DNA from: Fistulifera solaris
Taxonomy: Eukaryota
DNA: 64,000 bases
Reading direction: 5' to 3'
NCBI GenBank assembly: GCA_030295235.1
Contig: AP026179.1
Span: 1 to 64,000, forward strand
Each line of letters opens with the position of its first letter. Position 1 is the stretch's first letter. The position numbers and the translations under genes were made by a program. The notes beneath the pieces are model-generated. The model had not been told where the DNA came from, did not search any database, and saw only the letters and a list, made by a program, of their open reading frames with translations. Below are positions 46,529 through 59,773 of the stretch, piece by piece.

Positions 46529-48148
46529 TCAATCCGAATCCCACAAGTACTCCTTGATCTCGTTCATCAACTGCACCGATGCCACCGAATCAGATGAGAA
46601 TTTCCGTGCAAACAAATACCCTCGTTGTCGTGCCAGGACTAGTTCATCCCACAATTCATCGCCCTGAACGTAATGCGGTTGTTGTGACGTTGTTTGAAAG
46701 TATGGATCTTCCATTCGATAACAAAGACTCTCGTTGCGTTCCAGGACGGCATTCTTCATAGATCCTTGACACGTCGTTTCACCACCCCACAATTGAAACA
46801 TACTTCCGGGCACTTGTAGGGCTTGTTCTTGATACCCAATCATAGTCAAAGCCGCAATCCAATTCCGTTCTTCCACACAACAACAACACGAATATTTCGA
46901 ATACGCCAACAATTCCATGACTTTTGCGGAATGCAACAACTTGTGAATGACGTGATGACTGTAGATACCCACATTCCCCGAATGCGTCTTGTGTTGCATC
47001 GCTTCTTCGATGAATTCGGGGATTTCCACGTGCGCCGCCCACGCCCGCGGCAAGCGTACGTGATACGGTGGATTGTTGGAAGTCAACAAGACGCGGCGTC
47101 GTTTCAAAAATCCCGTTTGATCACTTTGGACGGTCTTTCCTCGATGCGTCATGGCCCCCAACCACACTTGTTGATACGGACTGACGTGTTCGGCTGTTGC
47201 TGTATCTTTGGGCCGCTCCAATAAACGCTCCAACAATTCCGTGGCACTCACGAGCGGCATGGCGGCACCATCCAACAGTACGACAAAATCGTACGGCAAT
47301 TCCCATTCGATGGTCATCCATCGCAAAATTTGCAGATTGATGCGTGTGATTGTATCTGTCTGATACAAGATGGTCCCAAATTGCAAAACGTGCACATACG
47401 GTGCGTAGGTTTCGGCCAATTGTTGGACTTGTTGTTGAAATTGTGGAGTGACATGCCGATCCAAGTGAATGATGCAATAGACGTGTTCCGGTAAATAGAG
47501 AGCATCGACCAATTCGGTCAATTGTTGTATATCTTTATAAGCCACAATGACGACGGCCAATTGTCCGCGCAGATTTTTCGGCTGAATCATCGTCGGTGCC
47601 GTCCGTTCGTAATATTGCATGTTGTAATAATCACACCACCGTTGATCCATGGCGTACATTTCCAATATTTGTCCAACCAACTCTTCTTTTGCCGAGTAAG
47701 TCACATTCAAAGATGACCAACTGGTGACAAGGGGCACAAAGTAGGCATCTTGAAAATGCGACAATTGAAAGGAAGTAAAATCACAATGCTTCAATTCAAT
47801 AATATCACCAGGCCACGGATATGCCGCAGGATTGGTAATATTTTGCAAAAATTGCAGCATAGGATGAACGCTACTATTAGTGATTGTTGTTGTTGGAGGA
47901 GTTGTCGACAATAAGACAGTCAATAAGGTCGATTGCTTGAATTGATATCGAACGTAAAATAGTAAAGGAATGACGGACGATACACTCATCATTTGCAGCA
48001 TGAGCCATAAATAATTGCGTCGTGGCAATCCAGAGAATCGCTTGGTAGGTATCATCCGGGTCGTTGTAAAAGAAGAAGAATTATCATCGGAGTGATTTCG
48101 CAAGGAACGTCGACCTCGCCATCGTTGCGATGACAATGGTTCCTTCAT
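46529..48148 (-). CDS. Glycosyltransferase family 14 (core-2/I-branching, xylosyltransferase-like) type II membrane protein
   Basis: N-terminal TM, LAVVIVAYKD, YCIIHLD, YDFVVLLDGAAMPL and C-terminal LFARKF; likely ATG at 48148. Confidence 0.78.
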   Translation of the reverse strand: MKEPLSSQRWRGRRSLRNHSDDNSSSFTTTRMIPTKRFSGLPRRNYLWLMLQMMSVSSVIPLLFYVRYQFKQSTLLTVLLSTTPPTTTITNSSVHPMLQFLQNITNPAAYPWPGDIIELKHCDFTSFQLSHFQDAYFVPLVTSWSSLNVTYSAKEELVGQILEMYAMDQRWCDYYNMQYYERTAPTMIQPKNLRGQLAVVIVAYKDIQQLTELVDALYLPEHVYCIIHLDRHVTPQFQQQVQQLAETYAPYVHVLQFGTILYQTDTITRINLQILRWMTIEWELPYDFVVLLDGAAMPLVSATELLERLLERPKDTATAEHVSPYQQVWLGAMTHRGKTVQSDQTGFLKRRRVLLTSNNPPYHVRLPRAWAAHVEIPEFIEEAMQHKTHSGNVGIYSHHVIHKLLHSAKVMELLAYSKYSCCCCVEERNWIAALTMIGYQEQALQVPGSMFQLWGGETTCQGSMKNAVLERNESLCYRMEDPYFQTTSQQPHYVQGDELWDELVLARQRGYLFARKFSSDSVASVQLMNEIKEYLWDSD

Positions 48149-48153
48149 CTTAT

Positions 48154-48192
<39 letters not shown>

Positions 48193-48919
48193 CTCTCTGT
48201 GTGTGTGCGTGTTGAGTGTGATTGTGGAAAATTGCGAAAATGGAGTGAAGGGAAAAAGGGAGTGACACTACTGTAACAAAAGTAAGTGAAATAATAATAG
48301 AATACTCGTATTAAACGAACGACGAGCTGTTTTTGGGCGACCATCGTCATCCTCATGGTCGTGCGCTGTTGTTTCTTGAATTAGGTTTGCGTGCGGTGAA
48401 ACCATGCTATCGGACTACTCTAGAGTACTTGTATCAGTTGAAAAGGAGTCAGTCGTGTCCGTGCCGTTCGCGACCGAAAAGCGTTCAATCCCGACCATGA
48501 TGGATCTAGAGAGAGGATTTATTTATTATTATTATTATTTCACCTCGAAATAATAAGAATTACATTATTTGAAGCTGACGCAAAATAGCCATTCCATATT
48601 AATATTTTTGTCTCTTGATGCAAACAATCGTTCACAGTGTTCCCAAATAAATGACTTTATTGGCATGAAATAATAATAATAAAGGTCAATCATGTTCGAA
48701 AACGGACACGATGTACTCATGACTGAAATCCAGTCGGGGTCCGCTGACACCCGAGGACGACTCGTGAAACACACCCGGAGATTACCGATCGCGACGACGA
48801 CGACGACGACGATATATTACCTGGTATTATGGCGTTTTGCACCACCGAAAAAAAAAAAGAAGAAACGCCTCCTATAATACGATTCTTTCTTTCCTTATTA
48901 TTATTATTATTTGTGAATA

Positions 48920-50017
48920 ATGAAGCGTGTCTTGTCAATTCAATCGCACGTCGTGTCGGGATGTAAGTACCTCTCCTCTAGAGAGAGAGAGGGTCATGGC
49001 GGTGGTTGTAAAAGAAAGAGCCGATCGGAGATGAAAAAGTCGTTTTTCTCTATAGTAGTGAGATGAGATAGATGTAAAATGCTTTTGAGAATGTGTGTTG
49101 TTATAAAGAATACGTAAATGTATGCGAAGTCGAGTCAACATTCTCACCTTCTTTTGCAAATAAATTAAATAGATGTCGGCAACAAAGCGGCCGTCTTTCC
49201 GATGCAATTGCACGGATGGGATGTCGATGTTTTGAATTCGGTGCAATTTAGTAATCATACAGGCTATACTTCGTTTGAGGGAGAACGATTGTCGGGACAG
49301 CAATTACTACTATTGTTCAAGGGATTACAAGACAATGCCTTGTTGTCGTCTGTACAGTATTTATTGACGGGATATGTCGGATCGGAAACATTTTTATCGT
49401 CGATATTACACGTGTGGCAACAATTGCGACACTATAATCCGCAGGCGCGTTATGTGTGCGATCCCGTGTTAGGAGATCAAGGACGATTCTATGTCCCCGA
49501 GTCACTCGTACAAGTCTATCGAGAACAAGTGATACCGCAAGCCACGATTGTGACACCCAATGCGTTTGAATTGGAACAATTGACGGGCGGTGAGAAGATT
49601 ACGACGTTGGAAATGGCCCAACGACAGTGTCAAGTCTTGCACAATATGGGACCATCGATTGTCTTTTTGACGAGTTTTCAACCGCTAGGAGAGAATGTCA
49701 TGATGATATTGGCGTCGCAGCGTACCAGCGAATCATCATCGACACAGTGTTGGAAATTGGAATGCCCCGTTTTACCGGGTTCGTTTACCGGAACCGGTGA
49801 TTTGTGTGCGGCGTTGATTTTGGTCCATTCCGCGAATCATCCGAATGATGTGGCCACTGTCTTGGAAAAAGTCGTCAATACGGTGTATGTTGTACTGGAA
49901 CAGACGTTAGCGTATGCGGACAATGACTCGACCGTAAAAGCGAGAGAATTGCGTTTGATTCAAAGTAAGCATTTCATTGAACATCCTCCACAGCGATTTC
50001 GGGCCGTGCTATTGTAA
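48920..50017 (+). CDS. pdxK: Pyridoxal kinase; exon 1 48920-48962, intron 48963-49172
   Basis: MKRVLSIQSHVVSGY|VGNKAAVFPMQL, VQFSNHTGY, CDPVLGD, TPNAFE and FTGTGDL. Confidence 0.95.
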
Positions 50018-51687
50018 GACCTTTGGTTTTGTGATGAAAGCCATGGATCAAAGGAATAGTAGTATTTTCATGCAAATTCGCATTCCACACTTGACTTGTT
50101 GATACGAGGGGGTAATGCTTGGGATAATGTTTGGAGTTCAGGCAACTGTTGAATAGACAAACGCTACAACAAAGTCATAAAATGAAATGAAGTCTCTGCA
50201 ACACGTGCCGAGCTCGAGGAAACGTTGTCGAGGTAGAGTAGCGCCGTGGGAACGCAAGATAACCATTGCCATCCTTGTGTGGAACAGGAGGTAGACTTAC
50301 TGACCTGAGCAACATCTCGCAAAAGGTCAAGGATCAGCACGTACCGTGCATTATCATTCACTCTCTGTCATTGCCATGTCATAAGCAGTTGTATTCTTCT
50401 TGTAGCATTGTCGACTCAAGGACAACAAGATAGTCGATTAGTGAGCCGAAAGGATTTATTGATCACCTCCGAAAGAGTTGGAGAGGACGTACTTGTAGAA
50501 AGAAGGCGAACTGGTGTCGATTCCGGATTTTACTCAGTTTTATTGGCGGGTTAAAGCCTTCGATGTTGCAGTTTGAACAAAGGATAGAAAAGCTTCGCCG
50601 CCATAGCTGGGCGAGAGCCATGAATGGATGTCGATAAGTGCCGTAAATGACAGTGGACCTAGTCTACTGATCGAAAACACAGACGGCAAAAGGTAAACAT
50701 CTGGCTGTTATTGGGTTAGGAAATTTTTCGCTTCGAGCTTTTTGGAAGCCTTTTTCATAAAGAAACTTGGATCCCGAATGACGAGTGGTACCTGGGTTCT
50801 TCCTGTAACGTTGTCCTCGTTACATATAATCCGATCCATGTCGCTTCTAGACTATTTCCCTACTTTTTTGCTTTTCGCCTTTTGCCATCTTGCTAACTTC
50901 TCCATCGTCTTGGTCAGAAGGGTGCCAATAGATCTGAAGGTGGTTGACTGTTTCACTGGGATTTGCACCAAACAAAGGCATAAAAAAAGCTTTGGGGACT
51001 CGACCAGACTTTTTACCAGTCCGCAGTACTTTTCCATGCAATGACGTGTAATGTGGCATTAACGCATAGTAGCAAACGAACGAACATTAAGTCTAGAGTG
51101 GCTACACATTATTATCGACTATCGACACTACCATTCTAGTTTTCGTTGTTTGCTTGTTTGCTACACAGTACATCATACAGGTAACAAGCGAGCTCAGAGC
51201 TCAAAGCTCGATGTCCACTATGAAAGGGGTATTGGGGATTGATAAGCGTTTCCATTCCTATTATATACCAAATTGAAAAGCAAAAGTGTAAGGAGAAGAT
51301 ATCTAGTACAGACTACGGGTAAAGAGTACAACATGGTTGCACTTCAAAACGCTAGCTCGAGCAAGCGTTATGAATGTGTGACTCTCGGCGTCTTGTTTTT
51401 TCTACTCTCTTTCCAGAGTAAAAAATATCAACGAAGCCTTTGGGATCATTTGATAGGAGCCTCTCTCCGTCACTGCGGAAGAATTGGTAGAACAACGCCG
51501 ATGCCTCCCTCAGATTTATGGTGCACCAGGCGCTACGTTTGCACGGGACGTGTGACCCATAAAAAGTGCGTAATTCGGAAAGGAAGAGGAAAGAAAGGAT
51601 ACGCCAATTGTTCGCCCTTGCGCTCACAATACCAACCTCCATCCAATCTCCTGAGGACGACCCGATCCATCTATAGCAAAACAACTA

Positions 51688-52180
51688 TGAACGTGAGCCC
51701 CAATTCGAATTACCCGCTGGCACCTTGTCTACGAGTCGCTCCTTTGACGCCCGGCAAAAGCGACGAGAGTCGCCGACCATCTCGATGCAGCCAGAACTCG
51801 AGGATGAACCAGACGATGCACCGGTAAGGATACGCCACATCCTCCGCAAGTCCCATTCGTACGATGGTGCTCCTCAAATACCGTCAAGGAACGGCAGTTC
51901 TTCCGCGTCACCACCGCGACCCAACACCAACCGCAAAAATTCGCTTTGTAGCATGACCGAGTCGCGATGGTCGGATTCCTACCACGTCATGATGGACGAA
52001 AGTCCACAACGAATGTTCACGGTGCTGTCACGCGAAAGCAGCACTCCGGTGACTCCAGGAACCTTCCGAAGATCGTTTACGAAACCGATCCGCCGGCCGT
52101 CATCGTCATTACCGGAAGTTGTGCATGTTCCAGTCCTAATCAGTGATGAGGATGACTTGTCGGACATTGAACAGCCTTGA
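51688..52180 (+). CDS. Hypothetical Ser/Pro/Arg-rich protein; start uncertain, possible frameshift
   Basis: 151-codon open frame with low-complexity disordered composition; no domain recognised. Confidence 0.4.
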
Positions 52181-52829
52181 TATACGTCATATCAAGACCT
52201 ACGTGAACCCCATTTGTATATTAACTATATTGTAGCCGATATATTGCACATGAGAAATTTTAGATCTTCGCTCCAGTGGTGAACATGGCTAATAAGACAC
52301 ATAGCTTACCACTTTTTTTTTATCCGGAGCTTCATTCGCTAAATGTATTTATGAATAAAAAAGGTGAACAGATGAAATTGGAAGACAAAATAGATTGAAA
52401 ACCAACAATTCTTTGAAAGATGATGATGAACAGATACCAGTATTTTGACTAAACGCAAAGAAATATCTATGCGGTTGTGCCAGCCAGCCCATCACACTCG
52501 ATCGATGATGCAGAAAAGATCACGTTCCTCCGCAACGAAGACATTTGTGTCACAGCGTTACCACTGGACTTGGATTTCCGACCGAAAATTCGGAGTCGTT
52601 CTATACATCCCATGACAGTCGAAATCCTACTATACTTTAGAGTGTAAAATGCTTTTTTTTGCGCACTTCCATAATATAGTCAACTCATCTTTTCAAATTT
52701 TTCGTAGGAAATTCGATCGTCCACAACGTGCCGTTCCTTTTTTTTTGATACGAAGGTCTCATTCCAAGACCAGCATCCTTTCTTTCAGCTGCTTCTATTC
52801 TTCTCAAACAAAATTAACTTAAAACTAAA

Positions 52830-52907
52830 ATGTACGGTTCCTACGAGGACGAATATCGGTATACGGAAGGGAGAGATTTAGAAGTCTCCGTCGACCGTGT
52901 TTTGAAG

Positions 52908-52939
<32 letters not shown>

Positions 52940-54025
52940 AAGGGACGTACGATGGTTCGGTGGGCGTCTCCTGGCGATCGGAGCTGTGATAGTCGTTTTG
53001 ATTGCAGCGACCACCGGAGTTGCTGTCTGGTTGCGTCAAAGTAAGAATCAAGAAACCAATCCTTCCGACATGATCAGTGCACCTATTTCCCTTTCGACGC
53101 TTCGTCAACGCAACACGGTTGACGATTGTTGGATGGCGTTGTACGGCAATGTCTATGATATGACCCAATACAATCATCCCGGGCCACAGGCTTTGGTTAT
53201 GACGCATTGTGGATCCGATGCGACGGCGGAATACGGGGCGGCTCATCCGGAAGTGTACATTCGCACCATTGAGCATCTGTATGTGGGTGTCTATGAAAGT
53301 ATACAAGACGGAAATCAACCCATCGGTGGTGAGTATGATTATTTGGATGTCTACCGTGCATTGTTTGCTTACTAACCGATGTTTATTCATCGCCAGCTTC
53401 GGATGAGAACGACGCAGCACCCACGGTTGCCCCGACGACCGACGTTAGTGAAAATGGAAATTCACCCAACAATGTTTCCGACACGACGGATAACGATAGT
53501 CTTTCCAATGGGGCTACCGATGAGCCACCGATCAGTATAGAGGACAATGAAAACTTGCTTTCCAACAGTAGTACTGTCGTCGACGACCCCACGGATGATG
53601 GTCCTTCCGATACGAATGGTGTTGAGGACCGAGACGATGCAGAAAACGATAATAATGACAATCCACCTGTCAATAACGGAGGGATTTTCGGGAACGGTGG
53701 CACGACTCAGGACGAAGACACTGCGCCGGGTAACAGCGATAACGCCAATGGCGATGGTGACGAGATGGACGACATGGCAGACAGTGGTCGCGAGGAGAAT
53801 GATGGCGATAACGACAACACTGACGAGGACGACAATGATGAGAATGATGAAGGTGATGATGATGAAGACGATGAGGATGACGTCAATGATGAAGGTGATG
53901 ATGACGAAGACGAGGATCGGGAGGAGCGAACGTCCAATGTCAGAGGAGAAGATGTGGACAATGATAAGGAAAAGAAGAAAAATAAGAAAAAGGACAAGGA
54001 CAAGAAAAAGAAGAAAGGTGATTAA
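52830..54025 (+). CDS. Membrane-anchored cytochrome b5-like heme-binding protein with long Asp/Glu-rich tail; intron 53329-53396
   Basis: N-terminal TM; DCWMALYGNVYDMTQYNHPG...CGSDATAEYGAAHP (both heme His); ACTAAC branch point; exon 2 is in frame with the acidic ORF. Confidence 0.85.
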
Positions 54026-55403
54026 GTCAATTCAGTTCCGAACCTTCAGCCGTGGGTGTCACATGCGGGAAGGCAACTGATTATCGCACATGGCTTACAC
54101 GAATGAATGCGAAAGCTCTCATGACAAGGTATCCAAGATATGGATTGAGCGGTTTACTTTAAGTGGAATGTCGTTTCCGACCATTCATATTTCGACTCGA
54201 AAGGAATGCCGGCGCAAAACAGGACTCTGCCTTGTAAGCTGTCAGTGTTGTCATTTATAAATGAGAGATAGACCAATTACAATAACAATTGGGCGTTACA
54301 AGCGGAAAAAATAACCATCTCACTTTCATGTATGAAGACAAAAGTCGCGTTCAATGTTCCATCTTACTATTCGGCTCATTGTCTGCAAATGAGTAATTAT
54401 TATTCGTTTGGGAAAATTCATACGTATCCGTGGTCATAGAGTGTCGTATATCTCTGAATCCATCGCTGAACTCGACATCGCTCCTCTCTTGGACGCCTTT
54501 CATTGCCCTTCCATCTCAAATAATCTCGTCGTCTTGTAAGCTTTCCAAGTCAGCCAGCATTGGATTGACGCCTTCCTCCAGTACTTCTTGGTACAAAACG
54601 CGCGCTCCTCGTTGAAACAGACCTTGACCCAGAATGAAAAAGGCGTGTAGGCCAAGTGTCGCCCAGTGTCATCATTTGAAGTCAAAATAGCGGATAAACG
54701 AGGGATGGGGTCGCTTGACGCGCATGCATGTCAGACAAGACCATTTTTTGGTTCCGCATTTACAAAAATCTTAAATCGGCATGTTTTCCAGCAACATGTT
54801 TGTGATCTATTTCATACGCTGACGACGCAGTTGGATCCGCCAACTTGCAGCATTGATTTTCCCTAGAATGGTCGCCGCCGCAGCCGTATTGAGCCAGGCC
54901 ACGATGCGACGTCTTCAAAAAGAGTGTTGACATAGCCGGTTGGTTCCAAATGATGCAACAATCCTTCTTGTAACAGATTATATGTTTGCAAAGCTATGCT
55001 AATGCAAAAATCATTCTAGCGCATCCGAAGGCGCACCCAATCCCACAGACGTCGGCGTTGGGTGATTCGTTGATTTACCCTTTTGGTTTGGTTGGTTTGT
55101 TCGAAGCTAAACGTCTCATTGGACATATATGTCTGATGAAACACATGAGTTGGTACCAGTACCACTTAAATAAAATAGGAGAGAAAACAAAGCAGTTCTT
55201 CCTAACCTTTGACGCACCGTTGCGACCAATAAAGGAACCGAGCCTCACGAGTCGTCGGCTTGAGTCGTGCGCGTTAAAAATCCACGACTGACGATTCGGA
55301 CGCGCCGACACTGTTTGCCAATAAAAGGAAAAGGACCATTATAATCGTCAACCTCGTCATTCTTTGTCGCTTTGCACCTTTAATTTGTAAGGGTTTTGAT
55401 CAA

Positions 55404-56078
55404 ATGTTCGTTTTGTACAAGGCTGCCACGGATGATTTGAGGGACTTAAATTTACCGGTGGATAAATCTTCCCGTAGCAATATCTTGACGAACAACCCGG
55501 CTTCGTTCCGACTCGTGCTACGCATTGTTGTGATGGGGCTTGGACTGATCTCTTTCGTTGCCGCGACTGTGGCTACGGTTGCCTGGTCGCGCATCCAAGA
55601 GGATGGTATACCGAACAGACCAAAGTCTTCAAACAATAAAAATTTCATCGGATCAGTGTCAATTTCAGCGTTGGAGCAACACAATACCACCAATAACTGT
55701 TGGGTTGCGTTGTATGGCAATGTTTACAATCTTTCAGCATACAATCACCCCGGCACGCAAGAGATGATTTCCAGGCAGTGTGGCATGGATATTACCACAG
55801 AATACGCATCGATTCACCCCGAAGTTTTTATACGAACTATTGATCCTTTGTACATAGGTGTGTACGAAGAAAACGCTGTCGATGCTTCTAGTGAGGAGCC
55901 AGTCGGAGCCCCACCTCTCGGTAAGTGTGCATCAATATCGTAGAGATGATTGGTGGTCGCCTTGCAGTGATTTCGCTAACCTTTGCCATTATTGCCAGAT
56001 GATACAACTGCTCAAATTTCATACAAATCCGAAAAAAATTCGTTGGATAGTAGCAAAAGTAAGGATTCCTATGATTGA
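55404..56078 (+). CDS. Paralogous membrane-anchored cytochrome b5-like protein; intron 55921-55998
   Basis: TM followed by NCWVALYGNVYNLSAYNHPG...CGMDITTEYASIHPEVFIRTI; intron at the equivalent position to the upstream paralog. Confidence 0.8.
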
Positions 56079-56309
56079 TGCGATGATGGCAAAGATTGCT
56101 GTCATTTCACCCAACAGGCATGTAAGAGCTCGATCTCCAACGAAAGGCCTGAGAAAGCATGACTTCATTCGGCCCATGATAGACCCCTCAATAGAACGAT
56201 CCGTGTGTTGTAGAAAGCTGACTGCCACACCTTATCATCGTTCAATCGATCGGCATACATACATGCCTAACTTATTCTTCTTTTATCGCGAGAGCTCCTC
56301 AGGCTGTTG

Positions 56310-57745
56310 TCAAAGTTCGTCGTCTGTGTATGAGTGATTATTCTTCCGTTGAGAAAGTTCCTCCGCATCCATTGTGATCACTTTTTCCGTATCTCTGACA
56401 AGGGTTTTAACAGTACCCGTCGTAGAAGTTCTCTTGGATGGCAACCAGCGTGTCTCTATTCTCGGATTATCGACTTCTCCCATGAGCAGCTCCTCGTCTT
56501 CGATTCCAGCCATCATGGGATTGACACCTTCTCCGACCGTTTCTTTGTAAAGATCACACGCCAGGGCTCGTTGCTCCGCACTTTCTAAATATTCGCCTTG
56601 TTGAAATAACAACTGCGCCAAATTGAAATGTACGTCGGCCAAGTATCGCCGATTCTCGTCGTCGGATATATACGAACGAATGGCTTGCCGCAAATGCATT
56701 TCGGCCAAGATCAGTTCATTGGTGGACAAGTAGAGGGACCCCAAGGTTGCATGCAAATCTCCAACGTATCCAAACTCCATTTCGTACACTGCCGACGATG
56801 CCGTGGGATCATTGGATTCGGACAAGAGCTCATTGTATTCATGCAAGGCATCTTGGTACATTTGAATGCTTTCTTGCCACTCGTCACCAAGGCCTGTCAA
56901 AGCTTGTTGTTGAAGTAGAGCCGTATCCACTTGATCTTGTTGCTGATAAAATTCCATGGCTTGTTGATACGATAGTTTGGCCGAGTTGTATTGTCCCAGT
57001 TGGAGGTACAAGTCCGCTTGACTGTACAAGGCCTGTGCGTAATAATACGACATTTCTTCCTCATCTTTCGTGTTGTCTTTCCTCTCATAATACGTCAACA
57101 CAGGCTGCAAGGCTTGCAACGCCACCTCGAATTGTCCCAAGAGTGTCGCGGCCGTCGCAACATTGTGCCACGCCGCCACACGTTGTTGTTGCAAGATCTG
57201 TAGCTCCTCTCTTGAGGTTTCTATTTTCGACAGAGAAGGCTCCAAATATTGGACCAATCCTTCTTGCAACAATTCATAGCCCTGCAACGGTTCCCCTTTT
57301 GCGTATAATAGACACCTTGTTGAATACACACCATGGCGTAACCAATGGAGATCCACGGATCATCATTGTTGTCTCCGAAGGCCGCCCGGTACAGTTGTTT
57401 CGACTGTTCCCATGCCTCGAGCATGGGCTGTTCGTACTCAGCCAGCTCTTGCTGTTGCCACATTAAGTAATACGTTTCTCCTAACTGAAAATACAGAGCC
57501 GCAACACGATCATCTTTAGTTGTTGACAATGGAATGGCTTGTTGAAAGGCCTGGACGGCTTGTGGCAACGAATCAGCTTGCTGTTGATACTGGAGGGCCC
57601 ATTCTGTGTATAAGTCGGCTTTTTCCTGCTTTAATTCTTGTTGCAATAAGAGTTCTTGTTGTGTGTCATCATCCGCGGACGAGCCGTAAGAAAGAGAATA
57701 TCCCATCATCAGCCCGACCCACCCAAGAAACCATAAGATCTTCAT
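56310..57745 (-). CDS. Secreted/ER TPR-repeat protein ending DDEL; frameshift near 57295
   Basis: Signal peptide MKILWFLGWVGLMMGYSLS; TPR-like helices AALYFQLGETY, AAWHNVA...LGQFEVAL and ADVHFNLAQLL; C-terminal DDEL resembles an ER-retention signal. Confidence 0.75.
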
Positions 57746-58285
57746 AATAATAATAATAATAATCTTCTTTCTTCGCTTTTCACACAAACACGCACACTTC
57801 CTACGACTATTTCAAAAAATACAGAAAAATAATAAAGAAAAACAAGCATCACAAGGAATCTCTCCCATTGAGAGTCATAGAAAATGCATGTCAGCGAAAT
57901 AAGCAAAGACACGGACACGCAACGTTTATTATTCTGTTTTGCTATCAATGATTTTCGTGCTTTTATGGTGACTACGATGGCGTGACCCGGATCGTCGGCG
58001 GGCTCGTTAGAGACACGGAACGACTTGACGCAACCTACTGTAAAACCCAACATTTTCTCTATTATCGATTACAAAGTAGGCGACTTTCTTTCGAAGGTGC
58101 AAAGCTTTTTTTATCCGAGTGACAATAACCATTAGAATTCTATTCTTCGCAAGGCTTCACCAAGGTAGAAGTAATATACTCGTAGTATTTCAAAAGGTAT
58201 TCTCGCAATTCAATCACGAGTCAAGAAAGGGTGGCGAAGCTAGCAAGATGAATGCAATGACAAACGTTTGCTGTGAAGCAAAAGA

Positions 58286-58373
58286 ATGTGAAAAAGTGAA
58301 ACGAAAAATGGAGAATTCAGTCGAATGTCAATCAAGATTACATTCTGACATTAGGAAATTAGGAATAAATAAA
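58286..58373 (+). repeat. Dispersed hairpin-containing repeat, copy 3
   Basis: TGAAACGAAAAATGGAGAATTCAGTCGAATGTCAATCAAGATTACATTCTGACATTAGGAAATTAGGAATAAATAAA. Confidence 0.75.
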
Positions 58374-58459
58374 AAAAAGAATCCGCCTCCCATGGTCTAT
58401 CTAGAGCGTCGTCCTTTTTTCTTCTTGGCTGTTTTACCAAATCCCAAGCTCCGCTTTTT

Positions 58460-59130
58460 CTGATAGAAGTGACACACGCCAAGGCCACCGATGTTCCGCA
58501 CTCTCGGCGCCCTGACCTTGTCGATTCAGCGTTATTGACAAATTCATGTGCGAATCGCCCAATTTGCGACGACTCCTCTCGTCGTCGATGGCTTGGTTCG
58601 ACAATCTTGGTAGGGCTTGACGCAAATGCGTTTCCGCCAACTCCAAATGGTTCGTAGTCACATACATATATCCCAATGCGGCATGTATTTTACCGATATT
58701 ATAGCCCGTCGCACTTTCATAGTAAGCAGTCGCCGTTTCCGGATCCTTTGACTTTTGCAACAACTCGTTGTATTTGTCCAATTCCTTCTAATGTAACTCT
58801 ATTTGTTCTCGCATCATTTTAGCATTTTCGACATCCGGTAGTGGAACATGTGCGTATCGTTCTCGCGCTACGTCGACGGCATCCGGCCGTTCCGCAAACA
58901 GGCGTTGATAGTACTACTCCCGGGCTTTTTTGAAAGGATTCTTCCGCTTCCACAAACTGATCAAAACTCCAGGTACAAATCACCTTGCGGGTACAGAGCC
59001 TGTACGTAATTGTGCAAGGAATCGTCCTGAGATGATGATAACTCGCCCTTGGCATCTTGGTCACGATAATACTCTAAGACGGGTTTCCAAAGCTCGCAAG
59101 GAATCCTCAAATCGTCTCAATGTCATGACG
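58460..59130 (-). pseudogene. Degenerate tandem paralog of the TPR gene
   Basis: IGKIHAALGYMYVTTNHLELAETHLRQAL...ESAEHR aligns with VGDLHATLGSLYLSTNELILAEMHLRQAI...ESAEQR; several frameshifts and stops; limits are approximate. Confidence 0.65.
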
Positions 59131-59773
59131 ACTGTGTGGATGCCTATATATGTCGGCAGCTGCTGTGGAGTTGCTAGGGATCTTCACATCATGGTCGATG
59201 CGCTTATTATTATTTGGAATCTTGTTACTACGTATTACGGAGTACTCCTATTATTTATTTTTCGTTTTCTCTCCATCATGGGGTTTCGCACGAGAAGGTC
59301 AAAACAAGATCGGATACGGTACGACTTTCTTCAGTATGCCTTATTAAGTAAAGTTTGTCAACAGTAAGATAGGAAGTAGATGGAACTGCCAAGGTTCCTT
59401 ATCATAGCATCATGGAACGAATCATCATCGATCCCTAAAATCACGATGCTGGCGAAACGATTCATTCATTCCTACCAGATACAAGTAATTTGGGTATTTT
59501 TTGTGTAAGGTTGAAGGAGAAGCTCCAGCAAACAGGATACTATTTCAAATAAATGAATAATCTGGCTAGTAAAAACATACGGAGTAATACGGAATACAAG
59601 GTACAAAATATTGTATTGTTGTGGCACAACCTTACGGTCCGTCCGCTGCACGCTTTTGTTCGCCTTGGGTCATTCATTTTAAAGTCGTCGTCATTTTTTT
59701 ATTGCTTACTCCGTATAATATTACTTACATTTATTTCTTCTCGTTTGAGTCGTCATTGAACATAATCGAAAAA

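Noticed and set aside
50020..51680. Short ORFs in the long intergenic regions (also 6770-8500, 9240-10600, 54030-55400)
   Set aside because: No recognisable motifs, splice-consistent structure or RNA gene; no tRNA or rRNA was seen anywhere in the window.
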